The notes: generated from the sequence alone by a model not told the origin. DNA of 64,000 nucleotides from an uncultured Gemmatimonadaceae bacterium (GCA_963790305.1 CAWBOC010000009.1:736001-800000), one strand, 5' to 3'; positions 53,038 through 63,115 are shown, numbered from the stretch's first letter. A program made the numbers and translations.

Positions 53038-53429
53038 AGGCACCGAGCTTCGGTCTGATTCTCGTCGCGGCGTTTACTGTCGGAACGGGAATCAACGGGC
53101 TGTACAACGCGGCGACCGACATGCCTGACGCCCCCAACACGCTCGCGACGATCGTCGGGGTGGTCAACATCGTCATGGGAGGCACCGGGCTGGCCGCCGC
53201 CGCGCTCATCTGGCGTCAGCATCCAGCCGCGGCCGCGCTCATCATCCTCTGGGGCGCCTCCGCGGTGGGCGCATCAGTGCTGGCCCCGCGCGCTTACGCG
53301 CCAGAAGCGGGATGGCCGGCGGCGATCCTTGGTGGCGTCGTGACGGCAGCGCTCGTCGTCACGATCGTGCTGTACGTGCGATGGCGCCTTCGCCTCACGG
53401 CGCGCGGTGAATCGTCCCCTGCTTCATAA
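53034..53429 (+). CDS. Hypothetical membrane protein
   Basis: Four TM, GTGA overlap. Confidence 0.65.
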   Translation: MKAPSFGLILVAAFTVGTGINGLYNAATDMPDAPNTLATIVGVVNIVMGGTGLAAAALIWRQHPAAAALIILWGASAVGASVLAPRAYAPEAGWPAAILGGVVTAALVVTIVLYVRWRLRLTARGESSPAS

Positions 53430-54705
53430 CGAGACGCACGCGCCGCAGCGCGGCGATGTCGCGCAGCGGATCGCCGTCGACGGCGATGAGATCGGCGAAT
53501 AGGCCCTGACGCACGGTACCAATCTCATTCTCGAGGTGCAGTACGCGCGCGTTCACCGACGTGGCCGCGCGCAGAGCCTGAAGCGGCGTCAGGCCGTAGT
53601 CGACGAGGAGCTCGAGCTCACGCGCATTCTCCCCATGCGCGAACACGCCCACGTCGCTCCCATTGCACATGATGACACCCGCCTCGAGCGCCGCACGCAC
53701 GCTCGCGCGCTTCTCGCGAACGCGCGCCGGCTCGGGATCGACACCCTTTCTCCATCCCCCGTACTGAAGCACCGCGTCGCCAGCGGCGATGGTCGGACAG
53801 AGCGCCACGCCTTTTTGCGCCATGAGGCGAAAGACCTCCGGAGTGCCTGCGTCGCCATGATCGATCGTCTCGACTCCGGCCGTGATCGCGCGACGCATCC
53901 CTTCCGGTGAGGTCGCGTGCGCTACGACGGGCCGTCCACCGCTACGCGCGGTCTCGACCAGCGCGGTGAGCTCATCCTGCGTGAACGCGGGTCGCGCATC
54001 GCCACTCGGCCCCCACCGATAATCCGCGTAGACCTTGATCCAGTCCGCACCGCGCGCGCTCTGGTCGCGCACGACGCGCCGGATGTCCTCGATTCCACCC
54101 ACTTCTTCCGCGCCCTGCGGAATCGCGAGCTCGGGCGCGAACCCCGAGGGTGCATAGGTTCCGTTCGCGACGATGGCACGCGTGGTCACGATCAGCCGCG
54201 GACCGGGAATGATTCCCTGCTCGATGGCATCGCGAAGCCCGACGTCGGCGTAGCCGGCGCCTTCCGTGCCGAGGTCACGCAGCGTGGTGAAGCCAGCATC
54301 GAGCGTTGCGCGTGCGTGCACGGTCGCGCGCGCCACTCTCAGCGCGAGCGGCTCCCGCAGCACCTGGTCGTCCCAGGACGTTTCGTTGTAGGGGTGGAGG
54401 AGCAGGTGCGAGTGTGCATCGATGAGCCCGGGGAGAAGGGTCATCCCCGGAAGCTCGATGATGCGGGCGCCAGCGGCGCTCACATCGGCAGCGGGCCCGA
54501 CCGCCGCAATGCGATCGCCGCGAACGAGAACCACCCAGCCTTCGCGCGATTGCGTCGCGACGCCGTCGAACACCCGCGCGGGACGCAGGAGCAGCGGCTG
54601 AGTGGAGCGACTCGTATCAGCGCGCTGGGCCTCGGCCGGAGCGGCCGAGAGAAGTGGAGTGAGAGCCAGGATGGCGAGGGCGGACAGCCCTCGCCGAGGG
54701 CTTAC
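53395..54705 (-). CDS. Amidohydrolase family protein (prolidase-like), exported; start unresolved
   Basis: PGLIDAHSH, DWIK, AHA, IDHG, GSD. Confidence 0.88.
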   Translation of the reverse strand, partial: VSPRRGLSALAILALTPLLSAAPAEAQRADTSRSTQPLLLRPARVFDGVATQSREGWVVLVRGDRIAAVGPAADVSAAGARIIELPGMTLLPGLIDAHSHLLLHPYNETSWDDQVLREPLALRVARATVHARATLDAGFTTLRDLGTEGAGYADVGLRDAIEQGIIPGPRLIVTTRAIVANGTYAPSGFAPELAIPQGAEEVGGIEDIRRVVRDQSARGADWIKVYADYRWGPSGDARPAFTQDELTALVETARSGGRPVVAHATSPEGMRRAITAGVETIDHGDAGTPEVFRLMAQKGVALCPTIAAGDAVLQYGGWRKGVDPEPARVREKRASVRAALEAGVIMCNGSDVGVFAHGENARELELLVDYGLTPLQALRAATSVNARVLHLENEIGTVRQGLFADLIAVDGDPLRDIAALRRVRLVMKQGTIHRAP

Positions 54706-55103
54706 GCCGCGTCGACCCCGGGATCGGTGGTCGGACCCGGCTCCGCGCGCTGCTCCTTGCCATTGCCCCCGTTCCGGCCGGCGAAGAACCAGCGCAGCAG
54801 CCAGACGACGAGGAGAATCGGCAACGCGATCTTGAGCAGGGCGAACCCCATCGCCAGCACCGCCGAGATGACGCCGATGATCGCCATCCCCGCGCCGAGC
54901 ACGAGGACGATTGGGAGCCCGATGATCGCCAGGAGCAGGAGCAGCGGAACTCCAACGATCAGCAGCACCAGCAGGAGCGGAATCCCGACTACCTTGAGGA
55001 TGCCGGCGATCGGTAGCAGGATCACGAGCAGCGCGGCGAGGACCGCCCCGAGAGACCGCTGCAGGATCAACTTGAGCAACCAGGCTTTCACGAGCGTCCA
55101 CAT
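54702..55103 (-). CDS. Very hydrophobic small membrane protein
   Basis: RBS GGAGG; about 100 aa nearly uninterrupted hydrophobic stretch. Confidence 0.75.
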   Translation of the reverse strand: MWTLVKAWLLKLILQRSLGAVLAALLVILLPIAGILKVVGIPLLLVLLIVGVPLLLLLAIIGLPIVLVLGAGMAIIGVISAVLAMGFALLKIALPILLVVWLLRWFFAGRNGGNGKEQRAEPGPTTDPGVDAA

Positions 55104-55139
55104 GGCGACCTCCGGGCGGCGTCATGCCGTTTCCCGTCC

Positions 55140-55166
55140 TACGAAGCCGGTAAAAGGGAAGTTTCA
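55140..55166 (-). promoter_or_regulatory. ECF sigma-type promoter (TGAAAC-N17-CGTA)
   Basis: Minus strand TGAAACTTCCCTTTTACCGGCTTCGTA, 36 nt before ATG 55103. Confidence 0.55.
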
Positions 55167-55348
55167 TGATGGCCGATCGTCCCCCTAACGAGTAAACGTA
55201 TGCCCGCCATGCGATTCCCGGCGTGTCATATCCGCACTGCCCGGCTCGACCGGGCCAGCTTGCTCTTTGCTGAGCGGGATGGCAAGGGCATGGGGAGCAT
55301 GTTGCCGCTCGATGTCAGCGCGGATCACCCCGTGCGGAGCAACGCGCC

Positions 55349-56044
55349 ATGACGAATTCTCGACCCACGGCAGTCATCACTGGAGCATCGCGCGGTATTG
55401 GGCGTGCGATCGCGCTTCGCCTTGCGCCACGGTGGAGCATCGTCGCCCTCGCCCGCACGGCGCCGGAGCTCGAGACCCTCGCGGCGGAGATCCGCGGACA
55501 AGGTGGAACGTGCGAGCCACTGGTCGTCGATGTGACCGATGGGCGCGCGGTGCGCACCGCGCTCCAGGGACGGGACGTCGACGTCGTGGTCAACAACGCC
55601 GGGGTCGGCGTCATGAAGCCATTCGTCGATCTCACGCCGGAAGAATGGCAGCTCATGATGGACGTGAACCTCAACGCGGTCTATCACGTCACGCACGCGC
55701 TGCTCCCGGGAATGATTCAGCGCGGCCGAGGGCACGTAGTGATCATCGGCTCGATCTCCGGGAAGACGGGCTTCGCGGGAGGTACGGGCTACGCCGCGAC
55801 GAAGTTCGCCGTCAACGGCTTTGCCGAGAGCTTGATGCTCGAGGTTCGCGATGCGGGTGTGAAAGTGTCCGTCGTGATGCCCGGCTCGGTGTCAACGTCG
55901 TTCAGCCGGACGGGCCGCGATCAGTCGTGGAAGCTCATGGCGGAGGATGTCGCCACGTCGGTCGAATTCCTCCTCGACGCGCCACAGCGCATGCTCGTCG
56001 ACCGGATCGAGATGCGACCGCTGAATCCGCCGAAGAAGACGTGA
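55349..56044 (+). CDS. SDR oxidoreductase
   Basis: TGASRGIG, NNAG, YAATK. Confidence 0.92.
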   Translation: MTNSRPTAVITGASRGIGRAIALRLAPRWSIVALARTAPELETLAAEIRGQGGTCEPLVVDVTDGRAVRTALQGRDVDVVVNNAGVGVMKPFVDLTPEEWQLMMDVNLNAVYHVTHALLPGMIQRGRGHVVIIGSISGKTGFAGGTGYAATKFAVNGFAESLMLEVRDAGVKVSVVMPGSVSTSFSRTGRDQSWKLMAEDVATSVEFLLDAPQRMLVDRIEMRPLNPPKKT

Positions 56045-56415
56045 GCATCGCGTCGATCGCTGCGGCGGCCGCGCTCGTCATCACTGGCTCGGCGCTCACG
56101 GCGCAGGAGCACGGCCCTACCGTAACCGCGGCACGCGTCGCTTTCGCGGTGCCCGCGATGATCGACCACGACGATCCGCCAGCCCTCGAGCCGCCGGCCT
56201 CGTGCGGATCTGCACTGAAGAACGCCGCCCTTCTGGGGCTCGGTCTGTCGCTCGCGACGGCCGTGATCGAGCTGACGTACACCGTCGTGCGAGAGCCCTT
56301 CGTTCGCAATGGACACGACCTGCCAGTGGCCGACCCGACGATCATTGCATGGGCCGGCGGCGCCGGATTCATCGGCGGTGTCGTCGGCACCGCACTCTGC
56401 CGGCGACGGCGTTAG
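56041..56415 (+). CDS. Hypothetical membrane protein
   Basis: GTGA overlap, signal plus two TM. Confidence 0.6.
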   Translation: MSIASIAAAAALVITGSALTAQEHGPTVTAARVAFAVPAMIDHDDPPALEPPASCGSALKNAALLGLGLSLATAVIELTYTVVREPFVRNGHDLPVADPTIIAWAGGAGFIGGVVGTALCRRRR

Positions 56416-56417
56416 GC

Positions 56418-56627
56418 ATGGTGACACGGAGGATCGTCGGGTTCCACCAGGACCAGGAAGACCACTGGGTGGCTGACCTCGACTGCGGGCACTCGCAGCA
56501 CGTGCGTCACGATCCACCCTGGCAGGTACGCGCGTGGGTGATTACCGTCGAGGGACGCAACGCGCGAGTCGGCACGACACTCGAGTGCCGACGCTGCGAT
56601 GAGCCGTTCGTTCCACCCTCCCCGTGA
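56418..56627 (+). CDS. DUF3565 family small protein
   Basis: GFHQD...HWVADLDCGH.QHVRH.PPW..R.WV...C..CD. Confidence 0.85.
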   Translation: MVTRRIVGFHQDQEDHWVADLDCGHSQHVRHDPPWQVRAWVITVEGRNARVGTTLECRRCDEPFVPPSP

Positions 56628-57640
56628 GCGCCCTGGCTACCTCGAACACTGTCCGTACCGGTCTGCCCGACACGGCGCTCACACGCCATGCGAAGGTCGA
56701 GGTCCCGCTCCTCTGCGGGGCGATGTACCCGTGCAGCAATCCCGAGCTCGTCGCCGCGGTGTCGGAGGCTGGCGGGCTCGGCATTGTGCAGCCGGTGTCC
56801 CTCACCTTCGTGCACGGCCACGACTTCCGCGAGGGGCTTCGCCTCATTCGTCGGCTGACGTCGCGGCCGATCGGCATGAACGCGCTGATTGAGCAATCGT
56901 CGCGCATCTATCACGAGCGCATGGTGAAATGGGTCGACATCGCGCTCGAGGAGGGTGTCCGCTTCTTCGTCACATCGCTGGGCAATCCGAGGTGGGTCGC
57001 CGAGCGTGCGCACGCCGTGGGCGGCATCGTCTACCACGACGTCACGGAGAGGAAGTGGGCGCTGAAAGGGCGCGACTCCGGCGTCGACGGGTTGATCGGC
57101 GTGAACAACCGGGCCGGCGGGCACGCCGGGCCTTTCAGCGCGGAGCGCCTGCTCGAGGAAGTTGGAGATCTCGGACTGCCCATCGTGTGCGCTGGCGGAA
57201 TCGGCGAGGAGCGGGAGTTCGTCGAGGCGCTTCGCATGGGTTACGCGGGAGCACAGCTGGGCACGCGGTTCATCGCCACGACCGAATGCCGGGCGAGCAC
57301 GGCCTACAAGGACGCTATTCTCGCCGCGGACGAGGATGACATCGTGCTCACGGAGCGCATCACCGGCGTGCCGGTGGCCGTGATTCGAACACCCTACATC
57401 GAGCGAATGGGGCTCCGCGCCGGGCCGATCGCGCGCTGGATGCTGCGCGGTCATCGCACCAAGCACTGGATGCGAACGATCTACGCGCTGCGCTCGGCGC
57501 TGCAGCTCAAGCGCGCGTCGCTCGATGAGACGGGCACGCACGACTATTGGCAGGCCGGCAAAAGCGTGCGCTCCATCTCGAGGATCGAGCCCTCGGGAGA
57601 CATCGTGCGTCGATTCGCGAAGGCTGCCGTAGAGGCATAG
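56624..57640 (+). CDS. Nitronate monooxygenase / FabK-like flavoprotein
   Basis: AVSEAGGLG, AGGHAG, AGGIG, QLGTRFIAT.E. Confidence 0.88.
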   Translation: MSALATSNTVRTGLPDTALTRHAKVEVPLLCGAMYPCSNPELVAAVSEAGGLGIVQPVSLTFVHGHDFREGLRLIRRLTSRPIGMNALIEQSSRIYHERMVKWVDIALEEGVRFFVTSLGNPRWVAERAHAVGGIVYHDVTERKWALKGRDSGVDGLIGVNNRAGGHAGPFSAERLLEEVGDLGLPIVCAGGIGEEREFVEALRMGYAGAQLGTRFIATTECRASTAYKDAILAADEDDIVLTERITGVPVAVIRTPYIERMGLRAGPIARWMLRGHRTKHWMRTIYALRSALQLKRASLDETGTHDYWQAGKSVRSISRIEPSGDIVRRFAKAAVEA

Positions 57641-57685
57641 AATTACCTGCACTCCCGCCGCTCGACTCCTCTTGCTCCCGCTCTC

Positions 57686-58123
57686 GTGAACGACCGCTCG
57701 ATCGACAAGCCGAATCGCATTCCGCAGATCTATGGCTACACCGTCTGCCTCATCGCGGTCGTGGCGCTCCTCATCAGCATCAACGGTATCGTCGACGCCG
57801 CCTTCACCCTCGCGAATCCGCTGCACGGGCCGTACGGTCACCCGGAGGGGCTTACCAACTTCGAGTCGTATGAGGCAAGTCGCGTCGAGCGCACGGCGCC
57901 GGACCGCAACCTCCCCGTCGACACGACCTCAATAGAGACGAGACGTCGTCGCTTCGAGGCGCTTCGGGCCGACCGGATCGAGGCCAACCGGTTGCAGGCG
58001 TGGCGACGCATCGTGGGCAACGGCCTCATGATCGCGATCGCGATCGCGCTCTTCGCCTGGCACTGGAGCTGGTTGCGGGCGCGGATGGCCGAGGAGCGGG
58101 CCGCGGGAGGCCGGACCGCGTGA
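57686..58123 (+). CDS. Hypothetical membrane protein (two TM)
   Basis: IYGYTVCL...LFAWHW. Confidence 0.72.
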   Translation: MNDRSIDKPNRIPQIYGYTVCLIAVVALLISINGIVDAAFTLANPLHGPYGHPEGLTNFESYEASRVERTAPDRNLPVDTTSIETRRRRFEALRADRIEANRLQAWRRIVGNGLMIAIAIALFAWHWSWLRARMAEERAAGGRTA

Positions 58124-58690
58124 GTCTGCCGACGCTCACGACCGAGCGTCTCGTCCTTCGTCCGTTCGCGCTCGCCGATGCAGCCGAAGTCACGCGCCTC
58201 GTGAGCGACCGCCGCATTGCCGACACGACGCTCAACATTCCGCACCCGTACGACGAAAGTACCGCCGCGGCGTGGATCGGCACCCACGCCGAGGTCGCCG
58301 AGCGTGATGAGGGACTCACCCTCGCCGCGACGGACCGAACGAATGGACGAATCGTCGGCGCTGTGGGGCTCAGCATCAGGCGCCCACACCGGCGCGGCGA
58401 GCTCGGCTATTGGATTTCCGTCGAGGAGTGGGGGCGCGGGTATGCGACCGAGGCCTCGCGCGCGATGCTGGACCACGCGTTCGGCGCGCTCGACCTCTCG
58501 CGCGTCGTCGCCCACTGCCTCACGAGAAACGAAGCATCGTGGCGCGTGATGGAGAAGCTCGGCATGCAGCGAGAGGGCCGGCTTCGACAGCACGTCGTGA
58601 AGTGGGACGTGCTCGAGGACATTCTGGCTGTACGGGATTCTGCGAGAGGAGTGGCGCGCGCTCAGCCGCGCGGCCGGTCCTTATACCTGA
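58120..58690 (+). CDS. GNAT (RimJ/RimL-like) acetyltransferase, +1 frameshift near C-terminus (about 58626)
   Basis: LTTERLVLRPF, ELGYW, WGRGYATEA, NEAS.RVMEKLG; the canonical LYGILREEW tail is in another frame. Confidence 0.85.
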
Positions 58691-59252
58691 ACCGCGCCCA
58701 GTTGGGCACGCGCGTCCAGCGCGCGCGATTGGCGAACGAGCCCCCGCGCAGGATCTTCGGCTCTTCCACCGTCACGAACGCCTGCGAGTCCCATTTGTCG
58801 ACGATCTTCATGATTTCATCGAGATGCGACCGGTGGACGACCGAGTCGACGATCTCGACGGTGCCGTCCCGGCCATAGCCGGCCACCTCAGTGGCGCCGT
58901 AGCCGCGCTCGCGCAGCGCGTTCGCGATCTCGACGCCGCCGTGCGGCGAGACAATGCGCACGGTCGACAAGCCGTATGCGACGGCATTCTCGATCTGGAC
59001 GCCGACCAGTGTGCCCGTCGCGAAGCCCGCGGCATACCCGAGCACGTGCCAGACGCTCCCGAGATGCTGGAGTACGTTGCCGACGACGAGGATGAAGATG
59101 AGCGCCTGAAAAAAGCCGAGCGACGCGGCGTGGTACCGCTTGCCGCGGACGGCAAAGAGGACGCGCATGGTGTCGATCGAGACGTCGGCAACGCGAAGCC
59201 CGAAGATGAGCAGCGGGCCCCAGGGGAGGTCGAAGAGTTCGGGGGCGTTCAT
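58662..59252 (-). CDS. DUF5698/DUF2179 family membrane protein
   Basis: IFGLRVADVSIDTMR, GYAAGFATG, LRERGYGAT. Confidence 0.85.
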   Translation of the reverse strand: MNAPELFDLPWGPLLIFGLRVADVSIDTMRVLFAVRGKRYHAASLGFFQALIFILVVGNVLQHLGSVWHVLGYAAGFATGTLVGVQIENAVAYGLSTVRIVSPHGGVEIANALRERGYGATEVAGYGRDGTVEIVDSVVHRSHLDEIMKIVDKWDSQAFVTVEEPKILRGGSFANRARWTRVPNWARFRYKDRPRG

Positions 59253-59286
59253 CTGGTACGGAAGCTAGTAGAGAGGTGCCCGACGG

Positions 59287-61464
59287 CTACTTCTGCGGCG
59301 AGATCTCCGCCTCACGCTCCTCCAGCGCTTCAACCCGCGTCCCGAGCCGGTCGATCGCTTCCTGCATGCGCGCGAGACGAACGGTGACGTCGCCCATCGG
59401 GACGGCCGAGGGAGGCGCGCTCGGCAAGGCTACGGACCGTGCCGGCCAGAACGTCTTCACGAGCGCGAACACGAAGAGCGCCAGCAAGACGAGCTGCGCG
59501 AGCAACGTTTCGACCGTGTTGTAGATGCCCATGGCATCGATGGACGGAAAGCCGGGAATCGTCGTGATCGGAACCACGTTCCCTTCCTGGAGCTCGCGGA
59601 CTCCCTTCCCCGCAAATACGAACGCCATGTAGTAGAGCACGACGCTGGTGGTGGCGAAGAACGGCCTCAGCGGGACGCGAACCCCGAAACGGTAGAAGAG
59701 CGTGAACACGACCGCCAGCACCGCGGCGCCAGCCACGATCCCGAGAACGATCGGCCCCATGGCGTCCTTCCCTTCGCCAAAGAGCGCCTGATAGAACAGC
59801 GCGGTCTCGGCGCCTTCGCGGTACACGGCGAGGAAGGCGACGAACGCGAGTGCCGACCCGCCGCCATGCTCGAGCGCATTCGTCACCTTGTCGCGAATGA
59901 ACTGCTGCCAGCGCGCGGCCTCCACCTTCGAGATGAGCCAGTAGCTCACCGAGAACAGCACCGCGACCGCCACGAGCATGGTCGCGCCCTCGATGATCTC
60001 GCGGCTGGCCGGCATCGAGCGCAGCACCGTCTGCAGAACGATCGCGGTGGCAGCGCTGGCGACGAGGCCGAGCGCGGTGCCGGTCCAGATCGAGCGAAGG
60101 CGTGCGCGATTGCCCGTCTTCAGCAGGAAGGCGCAGATCGCGCCGATGACGAGAATCGCCTCGAAGCCCTCGCGCAGGATGATGAGGAACGATTGGAAGA
60201 AGGTCGCCCACCTTCCGGACGGCGATTCCGTGAGCGCGAGGATGCTTGGGAGCTGCGCCTCGATGGTATTCCGCGCGCGTTCCGCGCTACGCACATCACC
60301 ACGGCGGACTGCGCCCTTGAAGTCGGCGAACTGACGCTCGGCCGCGGCAACGAGCCCTGGGTCCCGCGCCCGCGCGCGCGTCTCCAGCGGCTCGAAGGCA
60401 AGGTATGCATCGAAGGCGAGGTCGCCCGCCTCCGGTCCGCGGCCGCCTCGAGCCGCCGAGAGCGCCTGGTCGAGCGTCGCCACCACGCGTCGCGCCGTGC
60501 CGCGGACATCGTCGGTCGATGCGACGGCGTTAGGCGTGGGGACGCGCGCGGCCGCCAGGCTGCGCAGATGGGCGACGATGCCGGCGAGCTGCTTCGCATC
60601 GAGTCCTTGGCTTGGCGGCATCGCGGTGCCGGGGATGCCGTCCTGAATGACCGCCGCAAGCGCGGCGTCACTCCGCTCGGCCTGCCAGGCAAAGGTGCCG
60701 ATGTCGGGTGGAAGCCGCGTCAGCGACGAGGCGGCGGGCCCATCGGCCGCACCCGCGGCGCCGTGACACGCGAGGCACGAACGCGTGTACAGCCCTTCCC
60801 CCTCCAGCCGATGCGCATCCGTCGCCCGCAGCGAATGCAGGTACGCGACGATATCCCATCGCTGGTCAGCCGTCAGCCGATCGCCCCACGCGATCATGGG
60901 CGTCCCCGCGATACCCACCGATATCACGCGAAAGACGAGCGCCGGAGTGAGATCCGCCATCGCCTCGGCGTCCCCGAGAGCGGGGGGTGCCGGGGTCATT
61001 CCGCGCGCTGCGGGTCCATCCCCCATTCCTGCCGCGCCGTGGCACGATGCGCAGTTCTGCGCGTACAGCGCGCGTCCAGCGGCGACTTCGAGCGTTCGAG
61101 TGGGCAGCTCGAGCGCCCCCTCGTTGCCGAGCGCACTGACGAAGCGCTGGTAGAGCGCGTCGACTTCGGACGGGGGACGCTTCGCCGCGACAACGCCGCG
61201 AAGGGAGTCGACCAGGAGCCGGACGACGGGCGCGCGGTCGCCGCTCAGGCGCTCCGCCACTCCACGCGCATCCTGGAGGAAGTCGACGGCCTCCTGATAC
61301 TCGAGCTCGGAGGTGAGCTTTCCCGAGGCGTCGATGCCTTTCGAGTACTCCTCGACCGCGACGCCGACAATGCTCGACAGCCGCCGCGCCGGGTGTTCCT
61401 GCGCACGCCCCGGGGCGGCGGCCGCGAGGACGAGGCCGAAGGTGAGAAGCGTTCTCAAATGCAT
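59287..61464 (-). CDS. Cytochrome c / FTR1 family iron permease fusion
   Basis: CASCH, CLACH, REGFE and REGAE motifs. Confidence 0.92.
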   Translation of the reverse strand: MHLRTLLTFGLVLAAAAPGRAQEHPARRLSSIVGVAVEEYSKGIDASGKLTSELEYQEAVDFLQDARGVAERLSGDRAPVVRLLVDSLRGVVAAKRPPSEVDALYQRFVSALGNEGALELPTRTLEVAAGRALYAQNCASCHGAAGMGDGPAARGMTPAPPALGDAEAMADLTPALVFRVISVGIAGTPMIAWGDRLTADQRWDIVAYLHSLRATDAHRLEGEGLYTRSCLACHGAAGAADGPAASSLTRLPPDIGTFAWQAERSDAALAAVIQDGIPGTAMPPSQGLDAKQLAGIVAHLRSLAAARVPTPNAVASTDDVRGTARRVVATLDQALSAARGGRGPEAGDLAFDAYLAFEPLETRARARDPGLVAAAERQFADFKGAVRRGDVRSAERARNTIEAQLPSILALTESPSGRWATFFQSFLIILREGFEAILVIGAICAFLLKTGNRARLRSIWTGTALGLVASAATAIVLQTVLRSMPASREIIEGATMLVAVAVLFSVSYWLISKVEAARWQQFIRDKVTNALEHGGGSALAFVAFLAVYREGAETALFYQALFGEGKDAMGPIVLGIVAGAAVLAVVFTLFYRFGVRVPLRPFFATTSVVLYYMAFVFAGKGVRELQEGNVVPITTIPGFPSIDAMGIYNTVETLLAQLVLLALFVFALVKTFWPARSVALPSAPPSAVPMGDVTVRLARMQEAIDRLGTRVEALEEREAEISPQK

Positions 61465-61514
61465 CCCGATCGAATGTATCGGGATTGCGGCGTGGACGTA
61501 ACCCCATTTGGGAA

Positions 61515-61629
61515 GAGGCGCTAGAGGCGCTAGAGGCGCTAAACGCGCTGGGGTCTTAGCGCATTCCAGCGGCTGCAAGCACCTGTGATCGTCGAGCGCC
61601 TCTAGCGCCTCTAGCGCCTCTAGCGCCTG
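61515..61629. repeat. Element E2: inverted GAGGCGCTA arrays with short spacer, no gene
   Basis: 3 x GAGGCGCTA + degenerate unit; GAGCGCCTC TAGCGCCTC TAGCGCCTC TAGCGCCTG. Confidence 0.92.
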
Positions 61630-61666
61630 TTCACCTAACCCAGATCCCGCGCTACATTCCGCCTCC

Positions 61667-62137
61667 ATGAAAACCCTCCGCCTCGCCGCCATCCCGCTGT
61701 TCGCCCTCGCCGTGCCTCTTGGCGCCGCCGCCGTCTACGCGACCGGTCACGACCACGCAGCTCCCATCGCCATTACCGTTTACAAGAACGCGCAATGCGG
61801 GTGCTGCAGGAAATGGGTCGATCACCTTCGAAAGGAGGGGTTCGAGGTTACGGCCAAGGACGTGGACGACCTCGCGGCCATCAAGGCCAAGCTCGGCGTC
61901 CCCGCGTCGCTGAGCTCCTGCCACACCGCGATCGTGGGTCAGTACGTGGTCGAGGGGCACGTCCCGGCCGCTGACATTCGCAAGCTGCTCGCGGAGAAGC
62001 CGAAGGTCGCCGGAGTCGGCGTTCCGGGAATGCCCATGGGGTCGCCGGGGATGGAGATGCCGGACATGCCGGCCGACAAGTACGACGTGATGACCTTCGC
62101 GAAGGACGGAAAGCAGAAGGTGTTCGCGTCGCATTGA
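61667..62137 (+). CDS. DUF411 metal-binding periplasmic protein
   Basis: CGCC..W, SCHTA, EGHVPA, PGMP.GSPGM. Confidence 0.92.
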   Translation: MKTLRLAAIPLFALAVPLGAAAVYATGHDHAAPIAITVYKNAQCGCCRKWVDHLRKEGFEVTAKDVDDLAAIKAKLGVPASLSSCHTAIVGQYVVEGHVPAADIRKLLAEKPKVAGVGVPGMPMGSPGMEMPDMPADKYDVMTFAKDGKQKVFASH

Positions 62138-62150
62138 GCGACGCGCATCG

Positions 62151-62738
62151 CTACTTCACGACCTCGAGCACGAAGTTGATTCTCTCCGCCGGGAGAATCC
62201 ACGCGAACTTCCGCTCGTAGCGCTCGGGATCCCGGTTCGCCCACCGGGCAATGGCGCGCTGGATCACGCTCCTCCCCTCGAATCCAATGCGCGCCTCACG
62301 CTTTCTGAGAAACGCGTTCGAGTAGCGGTACCGCGCCAGCGTCGTTCCTTCGACGAAGTAGTCGAAGCTGCGTGTGCTGAACGCGTGCCGATGCGTGGGA
62401 TCGGTGTGGAAGTTTGCGCTGCTGAAGTGCGGCACCTCTACGAGCAGCACACCCCCGGCCGCCACGATCCGGTGCAGCTCCTCCACCACGCGAACGACGT
62501 GCTCGACATGCTCGAGCACGTGCTCGGCGATCACGACGTCGAACGAGTCCGCTGGAAACGGATACGGCGTTTCGTCGAGATCGTGGAGCACATCGGGCGC
62601 GGCGAGCGGATTGACATCGAGCGTCACCGCGTGAGGCACGCGCTTGATGGTCCCGGCGCCGATCTCGAGGACGCGCACCTCCGGCGCGAGACTTTCGATG
62701 TTGGTCGGGACGGACCGCACGACGGGCACGCCGCTCAC
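62151..62738 (-). CDS. Class I SAM-dependent methyltransferase-like protein
   Basis: LEIGAG, HDLD..PYPF, HVLEH, DPTH. Confidence 0.85.
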   Translation of the reverse strand: MSGVPVVRSVPTNIESLAPEVRVLEIGAGTIKRVPHAVTLDVNPLAAPDVLHDLDETPYPFPADSFDVVIAEHVLEHVEHVVRVVEELHRIVAAGGVLLVEVPHFSSANFHTDPTHRHAFSTRSFDYFVEGTTLARYRYSNAFLRKREARIGFEGRSVIQRAIARWANRDPERYERKFAWILPAERINFVLEVVK

Positions 62739-63115
62739 CGCTCCAGCACGACGAATGCGGCCGCCGTGGGACCATCGTGCGTCAACGTGAGCCAGGTGCG
62801 CGTGATGGCGAGCTGCTCGGCGCGCTCGCGCGCCTGGCCATGAAGCGCGAGCGCGGGACGGCCGTGCGCGCCAATGACGACCTCCATCTCGCGCCATGAG
62901 ATCGCGTGCGCCTGTGTGGTTCCGGAAAGCGCCTTGAACGTCGCTTCCTTGGCCGCGACGCGCGCCGCCAGGTGCCGCGCCGGCTCCATGCGCGCCATCG
63001 CATAACGACGCTCGTCCTCGGTGAACAGACGCTCCAGCGCGCGCTGTCCCTTGGAGGAAAGGAGCCGCTCCACGCGCGCGATGTGCACGAGATCCACCCC
63101 AATGCCGACGATCAC
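62735..63115 (-). CDS. acpS: Holo-ACP synthase
   Basis: IVGIGVDLV, FTEDE, AARVAAKEATFKAL, LTH. Confidence 0.92.
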   Translation of the reverse strand: MIVGIGVDLVHIARVERLLSSKGQRALERLFTEDERRYAMARMEPARHLAARVAAKEATFKALSGTTQAHAISWREMEVVIGAHGRPALALHGQARERAEQLAITRTWLTLTHDGPTAAAFVVLER

